From the NCBI GenBank assembly GCA_964016885.1, contig OZ024754.1, forward strand, positions 4,464,001-4,528,000: a stretch of DNA of 64,000 nt, in the 5' to 3' direction. This DNA comes from Eledone cirrhosa. Its lineage: Eukaryota. How positions within the stretch are numbered: the first letter of the stretch is position 1; each line of letters begins with the position of its first letter. Both the position numbers and the translations under genes were made by a program. Below are positions 13,428 to 25,890 of the stretch, piece after piece. Under the pieces are notes generated by a model that saw only the letters and a list, made by a program, of their open reading frames with translations, was not told the origin of the DNA and ran no database searches.

Positions 13428-13556
13428 GTTTCTGAAGAAGACGGTAGATCGAACAGGAATTTCGTGACTAGAAATAAGGAGTAATGTAACCACTACCATG
13501 TTAGTCGATACATCGATTTTCCACGATCAATCAACCCTCTGAAACGATTGTAAAAC
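13428..13556 (+). ncRNA. Type-I hammerhead ribozyme with ~100-nt stem II insertion
   Basis: gttt-CTGAAGA-agacggtagatcga...tcaatcaaccctct-GAAA-cgattg-TA-aaac; second copy at 59443-59628 (-) has the perfect palindrome GAAAcgatcgTA. Confidence 0.6.
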
Positions 13557-13621
13557 ATTGAACTAATTAACTAATTAACTTTCGTTATGATTTCATTGTT
13601 CTATATACACACACCCATATA

Positions 13622-14452
13622 GAGTGGCGGACTGGGTCTAAAAATATTGGTTGCCAGAAGATGAAGGGGGCCCACCTATATATAGATTTAATTTTCATAA
13701 TGAATAAATAACATTTTCAAAAAATACATAAGTGTAAACAAAACAGTGCAATAACATTTTTGCGGAAAAATATCTTAACTTCTCCAATAAAAAAATATTA
13801 TGTATTTTGCAAAATTCAGAGACTTTCAATAATGACCAGAAGTCGACCCTAAATATTACTAATAAATCTAGGAAAGCCATGAATGATATCACATCTTTTT
13901 AACTTTGATTTCGAAAGTAGGTTTATAATTATCAATTTTCATTATACTTTTGTAGCTGTTTAGGTGGCCTAATTGAAGTGATCCTAGACTGAAGTTCGAT
14001 CTTGGTCGGGAGTCGGATTCCCGGTAAACATTTTCAGTGTTTTTCTATTGGTTGTAAAATAAAAACTGACCAGGATTGAACCCAAGACCATCGTCTCTAG
14101 TATCTACTATTAGACCACAGAGACAACTACGAAAATCTTATGAAAATTGATACTTATAAACCTACTTTCAAAATTTTCAAAACAAAGTGTTGTGGTGTCG
14201 TTCATGTCTTTCTTAATGTTATTGCTCCTACTTAAGGTCGACTTTTAAATAATTTGGGTGCTCCATAAACTACATCCTCGTTTTGTTTCACATCTATCTA
14301 GACTATATTTTAACCTGTAATCCATGTTTCATTTCTGTTCCTCCTCATTTCTCCCTCCCACCTCTCTGTCTATGATATTTGAATCTACTATGATTTGGGC
14401 TAACCCCGCTGGGACCCACTTGCCATTGGGCAGCCTGGCCAGTCCACCACTG
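13622..14452. mobile_element. Non-autonomous hAT DNA transposon, 831 bp
   Basis: TIRs (g)agtggcggactgg / ccagtccaccactg; perfect 8-bp TSD CCCATATA. Confidence 0.85.
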
Positions 14453-14804
14453 CCCATATATATAAAAATTCATACAAATATATACATATACTGGTACATA
14501 TACATATGTACTGATATTGGAGTATAAGCGAGCGTACTTGATAGGATTTTTTTAAGTGCACGTGAGATACATTCCGTGTTTTATACATACATAATACATA
14601 CACACATACATAGAATTATATAGATATATGGATAAATATATCTATATAACTATACACATTCTGAGAGAGAAACAGAGAAGCCCGTGTATATATATATGTA
14701 CATAGGTACACACACACACATATATATCTTTATATTTAGATATAGATATATATTATTTCTATGTTTATTGTATGTATAAAATATAAATATGTATTTTATA
14801 TACG

Positions 14805-14836
<32 letters not shown>

Positions 14837-15307
14837 TGCGCATGTGTGTGTTGGTGTGCATGTGTGCTTGTGTATATACGCGTATGTGTGTGTGTCTAAA
14901 TATGTGTGTGAGCACGGATGTGTGTGTGTGTGTGTGTTTGCATGTTGAGCCAAATTATCCAAAGTTTCTGCCTTTTTCTTGGTGCTTTCACGGTAATATA
15001 TTTGGCAACATGCCTTCCTCTGACCTTGAAACCAAAGAATGCTTCCAGCGAAGAAATGTTCTTCTTTCTCTCCTTCTTTCTTTCCTTTCTATCTTTTCTT
15101 CCTTTTTTTTCTTTCTTTGTCTCTCTTTCGTTATTTTGTTTGCTTTTTTTTTGTTTTAATTTTACCTTTGTTGGGTTTTTTCCGTATTTATTTTGTTTTT
15201 GTTTGTTTGTTTACCTGAAGGCTACAATTCTCATGGAGTTTTGTTTGTTTTGTTATTGTTTAGTTATAAAGAGCCTCTGTTTATGTGTGTGCGAGTGTTT
15301 GGAAGTG

Positions 15308-15350
<43 letters not shown>

Positions 15351-15916
15351 GTAGGGAGAAAATACCTTTGTACATGTTTGCATGATGGACGGTAGATGAT
15401 ATAGGTATGTATTACGTGTTTAGAGTGTTTGTATGTATATATATATATGTGTGTGTGTGTCTGCATAAGTATATATGTGTAAGGAGAAAAATACCTTTGT
15501 ACATGTTTACATTGCGGGTATACGTATGTATGGATATGTGCCTGCATGTGTGAGAAGAAAAATACCTCTGTACACATTTTCATGATAAACTGTAAATGTA
15601 CGTGTGTGTGTATTTGTACGTGTGCGTGTATGCATGATGAACTTCATGTGCGTGTGTGTATACGTGTGTGTGTATGTGTACGTGTGAATGTGTACATGTT
15701 TTTATGATGAAGTGTTAATGTACGTGTGCGTGTGTTTGGATATGTGTCTACATAAGCCGTTGTACATGTAAACATGTACAAAGGTATACGTATGTATTGG
15801 GTGTTTATGTACGTGAGAGAGATAAAGAGTTTGTTATACATGTTCGAATATTTCATGTGTGTGTTTATGTAAATTTTAAAGAGAGATAAGTGCCCATATT
15901 TGCGTGTGTATGTGAG

Positions 15917-16090
15917 GGTAGGTCCCCGTGTTGTGTCGGAGGGGTAACCAGAGTTAAAAACAGGTACTCAATGCATTGGTAGAGCATAGCCATCTTATAT
16001 ATAGAAATGACTTCTACATGATTAGAACTGTTTCTTCGCTGATAGTTTTATGCGAATGAAACATTTCTAGTCCTGTAAAAGTCCCATCTC
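15917..16090. mobile_element. Foldback element, inverted repeat 16009-16083 with HHR 3' half
   Basis: gacttctacatgattagaactgtttc-ttcg...cgaatGAAAcatttctaGTCctgtaaaagtc; family shared with 28570. Confidence 0.6.
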
Positions 16091-16108
16091 TCTCTCTCTC
16101 TCTCCTAC

Positions 16109-16159
<51 letters not shown>

Positions 16160-16160
<1 letters not shown>

Positions 16161-16414
16161 GATAATTCCGAAGGAAAAGCAAAGGAAAAAAGAGTGCTCT
16201 ATGTATAGAACAGAGCTATTTAAGTAGAAAGTGAACAACACAAAATATAACTACTCCATTACCAAAGGTTTCTGGATCAAAGACGATTATAATATGTCTG
16301 GATCGGTCGTCAGACAGAGACGACCGATCCAAATGTATATTAATATTGTCTGGCATCCAGAAACCTTTCGTAATGGAGTAGCTATATTTTGTGTTGTTCA
16401 TTTTCTAATTAAAT
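16160..16414. mobile_element. Foldback element, ~197 bp imperfect palindrome 16218-16414 plus one-sided tail
   Basis: Arms read near-identical peptides on both strands (MNNTKY..SITKGFW); GAAAcc(ttt)ggTA HHR 3' half in each arm; abuts (TA)n. Confidence 0.7.
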
Positions 16415-16421
16415 ATATATT

Positions 16422-16467
<46 letters not shown>

Positions 16468-16470
<3 letters not shown>

Positions 16471-16564
16471 GGTGTCCCTCAAAATTGTATACATACTTCA
16501 ACATCATTCTAATATGTATTGCCTGTACGTGTAATCAAATCATGTATACATGTTTGGCGGGGAC

Positions 16565-16570
<6 letters not shown>
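16468..16570. mobile_element. Tc1/mariner-type MITE family M1 (~100 bp)
   Basis: TA-cagggtgtccc...tgtatacat ... atgtataca...gggacaccct-TA; copies at 31459, 43098, 52210, 53110, 58401. Confidence 0.8.
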
Positions 16571-16627
<57 letters not shown>

Positions 16628-16670
16628 CGGTTGGGGTACAGACATGGCTTTCGTTGTAGGGAGATTAAAT

Positions 16671-16718
16671 ACACCAGACAAAAGCGAAGTTTTTTCCCCA
16701 TCATCTCATCAGGGGTGC
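16671..16718 (-). ncRNA. Degenerate hammerhead ribozyme motif
   Basis: Minus: gcaccc-CTGATGA-gatgatggg-GAAA-aaacttcgctttt-GTC-tggtgt; stem I mostly pairs, stem II decayed. Confidence 0.4.
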
Positions 16719-16924
16719 GGATTACAAGTCATTCCCTTGTTTACGTTGAAACATTCAGAAGCAGGGTTTTCTTTTCACAGCTCTAGTCTTAATTTCTTTA
16801 ACAACGCTGTATAACTTTACTTGATAGAAAAAAAAAGTCAAATGGGTTTAAAACAATACCCACTCACACACGCCTATATATATATATATATGTGTGTATA
16901 TATATGTATATATATATATATTTG

Positions 16925-17024
16925 CAGGGTGATGCAAAAGTGACGCACCACCAAATAATCATTTTATCAACATTTATCATAGCAAAGTGTTATTTTACTG
17001 GTGCGCTACTTTTGCACCACCCCG
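16925..17024. mobile_element. Tc1/mariner-type MITE
   Basis: TIRs cagggtgatgcaaaagtgacgcacca / tggtgcgctacttttgcaccaccccg. Confidence 0.75.
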
Positions 17025-17031
17025 TACGTGT

Positions 17032-17076
<45 letters not shown>

Positions 17077-17758
17077 TGTGTGTGTGGTGTGTTGTGTGTG
17101 TGTGTGTGTGGTGTGTGTTGTGTGTGTGTGCACAGCAGTTGATGTAACCCGAAGAGAAAGAGTAAGGTTAATAGATGTAATACGAATAGGAAGATAGCTA
17201 TTAGGTATTACACTAAAAGAATGAATGTTCCCGTTAGAGTTAATCAAAATAGATATAGTGTGACAGTTATATACAGCCCTCAACCGACCAAGAATGAGTG
17301 AAATATTCATCTTTACTACAACTTCTCCTCCTCGTCAGTCACTATCTTTCTCTCTAGTAGGCTATTTATTGGTATTTCATGTTCACTGATCTTCCTTCAA
17401 ACCATGAGAAAAGAAGGCATTTTGCCAGTAAATTCTTTCTCGAGCCACTTGGGTGAAAACATGAGCTTATAAATGAAACGTGATCTCAGCTATTTATTTA
17501 TCTACTACTTACTTCCTTCCAGATTCTCCATGGCGACATCTATCTAATTATATTTAACCCTCCCCATTTATTAATGAGTTCACTGTAAAGTTGTGAAAAG
17601 AGTAACCTTTTCCTCCCTAGAAGATATATTCTATTTCTTTTACCATTTCGTCACCATATTTATAATCAAAGACAATTAAGAGTAGAGACATTTAACTACT
17701 TTTTTAATTAAGCATCCATTTAAAAAGGGTATTACATGAAATTATGTAAACAGGTTAA

Positions 17759-18291
17759 CCCTTTCTTTATCATATCTTAATGAAACACTACGTTTGATTT
17801 TTAAATGATTTTGGAAATAGCCAAATCATTCCAGCTAGAGCCGCTACTTCTCCGAATTTAGAGATCACAGATATGATACTACAGTCATGTGGTTAGAATG
17901 TTTCAGGAACGAATCGCTGGATGGATTTTACGGGATAAACCGACCGACACGAGACCCAGAGGTAGACCCACCCCGAGCAAGATGTTTTGATAACATCCAT
18001 GAGCTTGGCTGGTCTCGCTTGTGGATACAGTTGCATCATTTGGAAATGGTTGCTTTTGACAGAACCCGCTGGAAGGAGTTTGAGGACTCTGCCTCCACGA
18101 ACCTCTCAGGAATAAATGATCGAAAAAGAATATTAAGTATTAGGAAAACCGGAGTAATAACTAACTTTCTTTTGTTAAAAGATATTACATAAATTCATGT
18201 TATAAGGTTTTAAGATAAATACAAATATTAAAAAACAGTTTCGTAAGGTAGAACCGTGGGCGTGTTTAGGTGGAGTTTAGTATCAAACGGG
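17759..18291. mobile_element. piggyBac-like MITE interrupted by an RTE insertion
   Basis: TTAA-ccctt ... aacggg-TTAA termini. Confidence 0.5.
17820..18125 (+). mobile_element. RTE (Expander/Rex3-like) LINE 3' end
   Basis: LEPLLLRI*RSQI*YYSHVVRMFQERIA...TRPRGRP/RARCFDNIHELGWSRLWIQ...VAFDRTRW, matching the Rex3/Expander C-terminus. Confidence 0.85.
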
Positions 18292-18854
18292 TTAAACTAT
18301 TCCTTTGAAGGATATCTGTTAGATCATCTTCAACAATACAATATTACTTCAGCAATATATCTAGCTTATACCAATGTTTGTTTGCTTCTAACCTCTTTTG
18401 TAACTAGTGTACTACTTCACGAGCCGGAGATAGTCTCTCTGTTGACATACATTTCCATCAATGGTACTGCCTTACTGGCTAATGGTATTTCCACATGAAT
18501 TTCTTCAGGCTGTTCTATTAATGCTTCAGGGTGTAATATTATTAATGCATGTCAGTTCTACTTTTTTTCTCTTTTTTTCTTATATTTAGTTTTTAGCTTG
18601 TGTTTTTTTTTCTTTCTCTCTCACTTTGCTTAAATTTCATATTCTGTGCGTTGTAAACCCGACATCGTGTCATTTAAACATAGCATTTTTCATTTATTTA
18701 TTAATTTGTGTATTTGATATGCTTATGCACATGTGCTTCTGTGAACAGAGACCTCAAGATTATGCTCACGCGCTTCTGTGAGCAGGGACTACGGTGGTGA
18801 CATGAGCTAAACCTTGTCTCATTGAACAGCACTAAATGAAATACAGACAGGAAT

Positions 18855-19560
18855 TACAAGTGGAAAGAAAACTTGCTGATCCGGTTTAGAAGATCAGCAA
18901 AGTATTCTCTCCACCTCGTGATGATGCACCTCTCTGAAGAGAGGAGAACCCCATACACATTCCTGATAGCAGGTGTGGTGGATGACTTCTTATTGCGAAG
19001 TCGGTGGATGGTCTGCCAGAACACATTATTTGCTGACCCCAAATAAGCTTAACCCCAAATCCTCCTATGGCTTCACTATGGACGCTTTTATTGCCTCTGC
19101 TGCGATTTTTCGTGCCCGCTTGTACCGCGAGTGCAAGAAGGAGAATATATTTCCAAGCCAAGCTTTGTAAATCTCCTTCTTTGTTTGGATGGCATCTTTG
19201 ACCTCTTGATTGGTCCAAGGAATCTTCCTGCCATCTAGTGCCACACCAAGGCTCTTTCGCCCGCAACATTTAACAGTTGAAGCAGAAACCGCTGAGCTAA
19301 ACAATCTCTACTCTGCCTCAATGTCCTCAGTGTACTCAAGGAGTTCTCTAACTTTGGATGCAATTGTATCTGCATACCTGGTCCTGACTTCCTCCTCTAC
19401 TAATGGTCCCCACTTTATCCTGTAGGTCGCCCTCGACCTGTCAGTTTTATGGTCTTCTTTAGATTTAAGTAGACATATGTTGCAGATAACTAGATGGTCA
19501 TCAGCACTAAATTATGTGGCCTTTGTAAGGAGCTGATTGAGATTAAGATGAGGAAGCCTG
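18855..19560 (-). pseudogene. RTE (Expander/Rex3-like) ORF2 fragment: end of APE endonuclease plus pre-RT linker
   Basis: SADDHLVIC (SDH-like motif); CCGRKSLG...PWTNQEVKDAIQTKKEIYKAW; FWQTIHRLR...GVLLSSERCIITRWREYFADLLN; with stops and frameshifts. Confidence 0.85.
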
Positions 19561-19590
19561 TTGTAGTGTTAGTTATACATTTGTGTTGTA

Positions 19591-20635
19591 GAGGTGGTGG
19601 TGTTGGTGGTGGTGCTGCTGGCACTGGTGGTAGTGTTGGTGGTAAGGTGGTGGTGCTGCTGGCACTGGTGGTGGTGTTGGTGGTGGTGGTGTTTGTGGTG
19701 GTGGTAAGGTGGTGGTGCTGCTGGCACTGGTGGTGGTGTTGGTGGTGGTGGTGTTGGTGGTGGTGGTAAGGTGGTGGTGCTGCTGGCACTGGTGGTGGTG
19801 TTGGTGGTGGTGGTGGTGTTGGTGGTGGTGCTGCTGGCACTGGTGGTGGTGTTGGTGGTGGTGGTGTTGGTGGTGGTGCTGCTGGCACTGGTGGTGGTGT
19901 TGGTGGTGGTGGTGTTGGTGGTGGTGCTGCTGGCACTGGTGGTAGTGTTGGTGGTGGTGGTAAGGTGGTGGTGCTGCTGGCACTGGTGGTGGTGTTGGTG
20001 GTGGTGGTGGTGGTGGTGGTGGTAAGGTGGTGGTGCTGCTGGCACTGGTGGTGGTGTTGGTGGTGGTGGTGTTGGTGGTGGTGCTGCTGGCACTGGTGGT
20101 GGTGTTGGTGGTGGTGGTGTTGGTGGTGGTGCTGCTGGCACTGGTGGTAGCGTTGGTGGTGGTGGTAAGGTGGTGGTGCTGCTGGCACTGGTGGTGGTGT
20201 TGGTGGTGGTGGTAAGGTGGTGGTGCTGCTGGCACTGGTGGTGGTGTTGGTGGTGGTGGTGTTGGTGGTGGTGGTGCTGCTGGCACTGGTGGTGGTGTTG
20301 GTGGTGGTGGTGTTGGTGGTGGTGCTGCTGGCACTGGTGGTGGTGTTGGTGGTGGTGCTGCTGGCACTGGTGGTGGTGGTGGTGGTGGTGCTGGTGCTGC
20401 TGGCACTAGTGGTGGTGTTGGTGGTGTTGGTGGTGGTGCTGCTGGCACTGGTGGTGGTGTTGGTGGTGGTAAGGTGGTGGTGTTGGTGGTGGTGAGGTGG
20501 TGGTGCTGCTGGCACTGGTGGTAGTGTTGGTGGTGGTGGTGGTGGTGGTGCTGCTGCTGCTGGCACTGGTGGTGGTGGTGGTGGTGGTGCTGCTGGCACT
20601 GGTGGTAGTGTTGGTGGTGGTGGTAAGGTGGTAGT
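19591..20635. repeat. (GGT)-derived minisatellite with gctgctggcact core
   Basis: Repeated ggtggtgctgctggcactggtggtggtgtt units of variable length. Confidence 0.95.
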
Positions 20636-20699
20636 TTAGTGATGGGGTAGAGATAAACACACCATCATGATGATGTTGACTGTGACAGTAATACAGTTA

Positions 20700-21225
20700 G
20701 TTGTTTTGATGGTGGCAGTAGTAGTGTTGATGGTAGTAGTGGTAGTAATTATGGTTGTAGGAATAGTAGTGATGGTGGTAGTAGTAGTACAGGTGGTGGA
20801 CGTGGTAGTAGTAGTACAGGTGGTGGACGTGGTAGTAGTAGCAGTAGTGGTAGTGGCGATAGTAGTAGTAACAGTAGTAGTAGTGATGGTTGTAGTAGTG
20901 GCGTTGGTGGTAGTAGTTTAGTGGTAGTGGTGGTGATGGTAGTAGTAGCAGTAGTAGCGGCAGTAGTAATAGTAGTAGCGGTAGTATTCGAATTATAGGT
21001 AGTAATGGTAGTAGTAGTAGTGGTGGTAGTAGCAGTGGTAGTGGTGGTGATAGTAGTAGTGGTAGCAGAGGTAGTGGTGGTGATAGTAGTAGTAGTAGTG
21101 GTGGTAGTAGCAGTAGTGGTGGTAGTAGTGGTGGTAAGGGTAGTAATAGTAGTGGCAGTGGTGGTGGTGGGCGTAGTAGTATAGTGTTGGTAGTTGTGGT
21201 AATAGTAGTAGTGATGGTGGTGAAG

Positions 21226-21263
<38 letters not shown>

Positions 21264-21327
21264 GGTGGTAGTAGTAATAGCGGTAGTAGTAGTATAGGTA
21301 GCAGTAGTAGTAGTGGTAGTGGTATTG

Positions 21328-21368
<41 letters not shown>

Positions 21369-21570
21369 CTTGGTGGTAGTAGTAATAGAGGTGGTAGTAG
21401 TAGTAGTATTGGTGGTAGTAGTAGTGGTGGTAGTAGCAGTGGTAGTGGTGGTGATAGTAGTAGTAGTGGTGGTAGTAGTGGAGGTAGTAGTAGTGGTCGT
21501 AGTAGTAGTAGTAGTAGTGGTGATAGTACTGGTGGTAGTAGCAGTGGTAATGGTGGTTGAACTAATAGTA

Positions 21571-21618
<48 letters not shown>

Positions 21619-21847
21619 ATGGTGGTAGTAGTGGTGGTAATGGTGGTAATAGTAGTAGTGGTGGTAAGGGTAGTAGTAGTAGTGGCAGTGGTGGTGGTGG
21701 GCGTAGTAGTATAGTGTTGGTAGTTGTAGTACAGTGGTAAAAGTAGTAGTGATGGTGGTGAAGGTAGTAGTAATAGCAGTGGTGGTGGTAGTAGTAATAG
21801 CAGTAGTAGTAGTATAGGTAGCAGTAGTAGTAGTGGTAGTAGTGGTT

Positions 21848-21889
<42 letters not shown>

Positions 21890-22364
21890 ATGGTGGTAGT
21901 AGTAATAGTGTTGGTAGTAGTAGTAGTATTGGTAGTAGTAGTAGTATTGGTGGTAGTAGTAGTGGTAGTGGTGCTAGTAGCAGTGGTAGTGGTGGTGATA
22001 GTAGTAGTAGTGGTGGTAGTTATAGTAGCAGTGGTAAAAGTAGTAGTGATGGTGGTGAAGGTAGTAGTAATAGCAGTGGTGGTGGTAGTAGTAATAGCAG
22101 TAGTAGTAGTATAGGTAGCAGTAGTAGTAGTAGTAGTATTGGTAGTAGTAGTAGTAGTAGTAGTAGTAGTATTGGTGGTAGTAGTAGTGGTAGTGGTGGT
22201 AGTGGTAGTAGTATTGGTAGTAGTAGTAGTGGTGGTAGTTATAGTAGCGGTGGTAGTAGTAGTAGTAGTGGTAAGGGTAGTAGTAGTAGTGTCAGTGGTG
22301 GGCGTAGTAGTATAGTGTTGATAGTTGTAGTACAGTGGTAATAGTGGTAGTGATGGTGGTGAAG

Positions 22365-22395
<31 letters not shown>

Positions 22396-22940
22396 GAATA
22401 GCGGTAGTAGTAGTATAGGTAGCAGTAGTTGTAGTGGTAGTAGTGGTAGTAGTAGTAATGGTGGTAGTAGTAGCAGCAGTGGTAGTGGTGGTAGTAGTAG
22501 TGGTAGTAGTGGTGGCAGTGGTGGGCGTAGTAGTATAGTGTTGGTAGTAGTAGAAGTAGCAGTAGTAGTGGCAGTAGTAATAGTAGTAGCGGTAGTATTC
22601 GAATTATATGTAGTAGTGGTAGTAGTAGTAGTGGTGGTAGTAGCAGTGGTAGTGGTGGTGATAGTAGTAGTAGTGGTGGTAGTAGTAGTGGTAGCAGTGG
22701 TAGTGGTGGTGATAGTAGTAGTATTAGTGGTGGTAGTAGCAGTAGTGGTGGTAGTAGTAGCAGCGGTGGTAGTAGTAGTGGCAGTGGTGGTGGTGGGCGT
22801 AGTAGTATAGTGTTGGTAGTTGTAGTACAGTGGTAATAGTAGTAGTGATGGTGGTGAAGATAGCAGTAGTGGTAGTGGTAGTGGTAGTAGTGGTAGTAGT
22901 AGTAGTATTGGTAGTAGTAGTAATGGTGGTAGTAGTAATA

Positions 22941-22981
<41 letters not shown>

Positions 22982-23027
22982 GGTGAAGGTAGCAGTAGTA
23001 GTAGTTGTAGTGGTAGTAGTAGTATTG

Positions 23028-23066
<39 letters not shown>

Positions 23067-23136
23067 ATAGTAGTAGTAATGGTGGTAGTAGTGGTAGTGG
23101 TAGTAGTAGTGGTGGTAGTAGTAGTAGTGGTAGTAA

Positions 23137-23180
<44 letters not shown>

Positions 23181-23253
23181 ATGGTGGTAGTAGTAGTGGT
23201 AGTAGTAGTAGTGGTAGTAGTAGTAGTGGTGTTAGTAGTAGTATTGGTAGTTT

Positions 23254-23284
<31 letters not shown>

Positions 23285-23808
23285 GGTGGTAGTATTAATG
23301 GTGGTAGTAGTAGTAGTGGTGGTAGTAGTAGTAGTAGTATTGGTAGTAGTAGTAGTAGTAGTGGTGGTAGTAGTAGTAGTATTGGTAGTAGTAGTAGTAT
23401 TGGTGGTAGTAGCAGTGGTAGTGGCGGTGATAGTAGTAGTAGTGGTGGTAGTAGTAGTGGTGGTAGTAGTAGTAGTGGTGGTAGTAGTAGTAGTGGTAGT
23501 GGTAGTAGTAGTGGTGCTGGTGGTAGTAGCAGTGGTAGTGGTGCTGGTGGTAGTAGCAGTGGTAGTGGTGGTGGTAGTAGTAATAGCGGTAGTAGTAGTA
23601 TAGGTAGCAGTACTAGTAGTGGTAGGGGTAGTAGTAGTATTGGTAGTAGTAGTAGTAGTAGTAGTAGTAATGGTGGTAGTAGTAATAGTGGTGGTAGTAG
23701 TATTGGTAGTAGTAGTATTCGTATTAGTAGTAGTAGTAGTAGTAGTAGTAGTAATGGTGGTAGTAGTAATAGTGGTGGTAGTAATATTGGTAGTAGTAGT
23801 ATTCGTAT

Positions 23809-23843
<35 letters not shown>

Positions 23844-23994
23844 ATGGTGGTAGTAGTAGTGGTGGTAGTAGTAGTGGTAGTAGTAGTGGTAGTAATGGTG
23901 GTAGTAGTAGTAGTAGTAGTAGTAATAGTAGTAGTAATGGTGGTAGTAGTGGTAGTGGTAGTAATGGTGGTGGTAGTAGTAGTAGTGGTAGTAA

Positions 23995-24038
<44 letters not shown>

Positions 24039-24113
24039 ATGGTGGTAGTAGTAGTGGTAGTAGTAGTAGTGGTAGTAGTAGTAGTGGTGTTAGTAGTAGT
24101 ATTGGTAGTTTTG

Positions 24114-24152
<39 letters not shown>

Positions 24153-25244
24153 TTGGTGGTAGTATTAATGGTGGTAGTAGTAGTAGTGGTGGTAGTAGTA
24201 GTAGTAGTATTGGTAGTAGTAGTAGTAGTAGTGGTGGTAGTAGTAGTAGTATTGGTAGTAGTAGTAGTATTGGTGGTAGTAGCAGTGGTAGTGGCGGTGA
24301 TAGTAGTAGTAGTGGTGGTAGTAGTAGTGGTGGTAGTAGTAGTAGTGGTGGTAGTAGTAGTAGTGGTAGTAGTAGTAGTAGTGGTGCTGGTGGTAGTAGC
24401 AGTGGTAGTGGTGCTGGTGGTAGTAGCAGTGGTAGTGGTGGTGGTAGTAGTAATAGCGGTAGTAGTAGTATAGGTAGCAGTACTAGTAGTGGTAGGGGTA
24501 GTAGTAGTATTGGTAGTAGTAGTAGTAGTAGTAGTAGTAGTAATGGTGGTAGTAGTAATAGTGGTGGTAGTAGTATTGGTAGTAGTAGTATTCGTATTAG
24601 TAGTAGTAGTCGTAGTAGTAGTAGTAGTAGTAGTGGTAGTAATGGTGGTAGTAGTAGTAGTACTAGTAGTAGTAGTGGTGATAGTAGTTAGTAGTAGTAT
24701 TGGTAGTTTTGGTAGTAGTAGCAGTAGTATTGGTGGTAGTAGTAATGGTGGTAGTTGTAGTAGTAGTAGTAGTAGTGGTGGTAGTAGTAGTAGTAGTAGT
24801 AGTATTGGTAGTAGTAGTAGTATTGGTGGTAGTAGCAGTGGTAGTGGCGGTGATAGTAGTAGTAGTGGTGGTAGTAGTAGTGGTGGTAGTAGTAGTAGTA
24901 GTAGTAGTGGTGGTAGTAGTAATAGTGGTAGTAGTAGTAGTGGTGCTGGTGGTAGTAGCAGTGGTAGTGGTGCTGGTGGTAGTAGCAGTGGTAGTGGTGG
25001 TAGTAGTAGTAGTGGTGGTAGTAGTAGCAGCAGTGGTAGTGGTGGTAGTAGCAGTGGTAGTGGTGGTAGTAGTAGTAGTGGTGGTAGTAGTAGCAGCAGT
25101 GGTAGTGGTGGTAGTTGTAGTACAGTGGTAATAGTAGTAGTGATGGTGGTGAAGGTAGTAGTAGTGGTGGTGGTAGTAGTAATAGCGGTAGTAGTAGTAT
25201 AGGTAGCAGTACTAGTAGTGGTAGGGGTAGTAGTAGTAGTATTG

Positions 25245-25286
<42 letters not shown>

Positions 25287-25382
25287 ATGGTGGTAGTAGT
25301 AGTAGTGGTGGTGGTGGTGATAGTAGCAGTAGGGATGGTAGTAGTAGTAGTGGTGGTAGTAGTAGCAGCAGTGGTAGTGGTG

Positions 25383-25415
<33 letters not shown>

Positions 25416-25630
25416 ATGGTGGTAGTAGTAGTAGTGGTGGTAAGGGTAGTAGTAGTGGCTGTGGTGGGCGTAGTAATATAGTGTTGGTAGTTGTAGTACA
25501 GTGGTAAAAGTAGTAGTGATGGTGGTGAAGGTAGTAGTAGTAGTAGTGATGGTGGTGAAGGTAGTAGTAGTAGTATTGGTAGTAGTAATAGTAGTAGTAT
25601 TGGTAGTAGTAGTAATAGCGGTAGTAGTGA
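20700..25630. repeat. ~5 kb (GTA/GTG) cryptic trinucleotide satellite with higher-order duplications
   Basis: Marker tataggtagcagtactagtagtggtagggg recurs at ~23600, 24470 and 25200; ggcgtagtagtatagtgttg recurs throughout. Confidence 0.92.
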
Positions 25631-25890
25631 TCCACTACCTTCACCATCTTCACCACCATATTTCCCCATCACCACCACCCTCGCCACCATCTTCACCACC
25701 GTATGTCCCCACCACCACCACCTTCGCCACCGTATGTCCCCACCGCCACCTCCTTCACCACCATATGTCCCCACCGCCACCTTCTTCACCACCATATGTC
25801 CCCACCACCACCACCGTATGTCCCCCACCACCTTCGCCACGATATCTCCCCACCGCCACCTCCTTCACCACAGTATCTCCCCACCGTCAA
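25631..25890. repeat. C-rich ~30 bp minisatellite (ccaccgccacctccttcaccaccgtatgtcc)
   Basis: About 7-8 degenerate units. Confidence 0.8.

Noticed and set aside
17820-19560. Twin-priming inversion of one LINE
   Set aside because: The inverted endonuclease fragment lies downstream of, and ~700 bp away from, the 3' end; the geometry fits independent insertions
19490-20660. Pro/Thr/His-rich extensin-like ORFs
   Set aside because: GGT minisatellite whose reading frames shift between units
22724-25840. 1038-aa Thr-rich mucin-like ORF
   Set aside because: Trinucleotide satellite open on both strands and several frames; no signal peptide, globular domain or splice context seen (cannot be fully excluded without RNA data)
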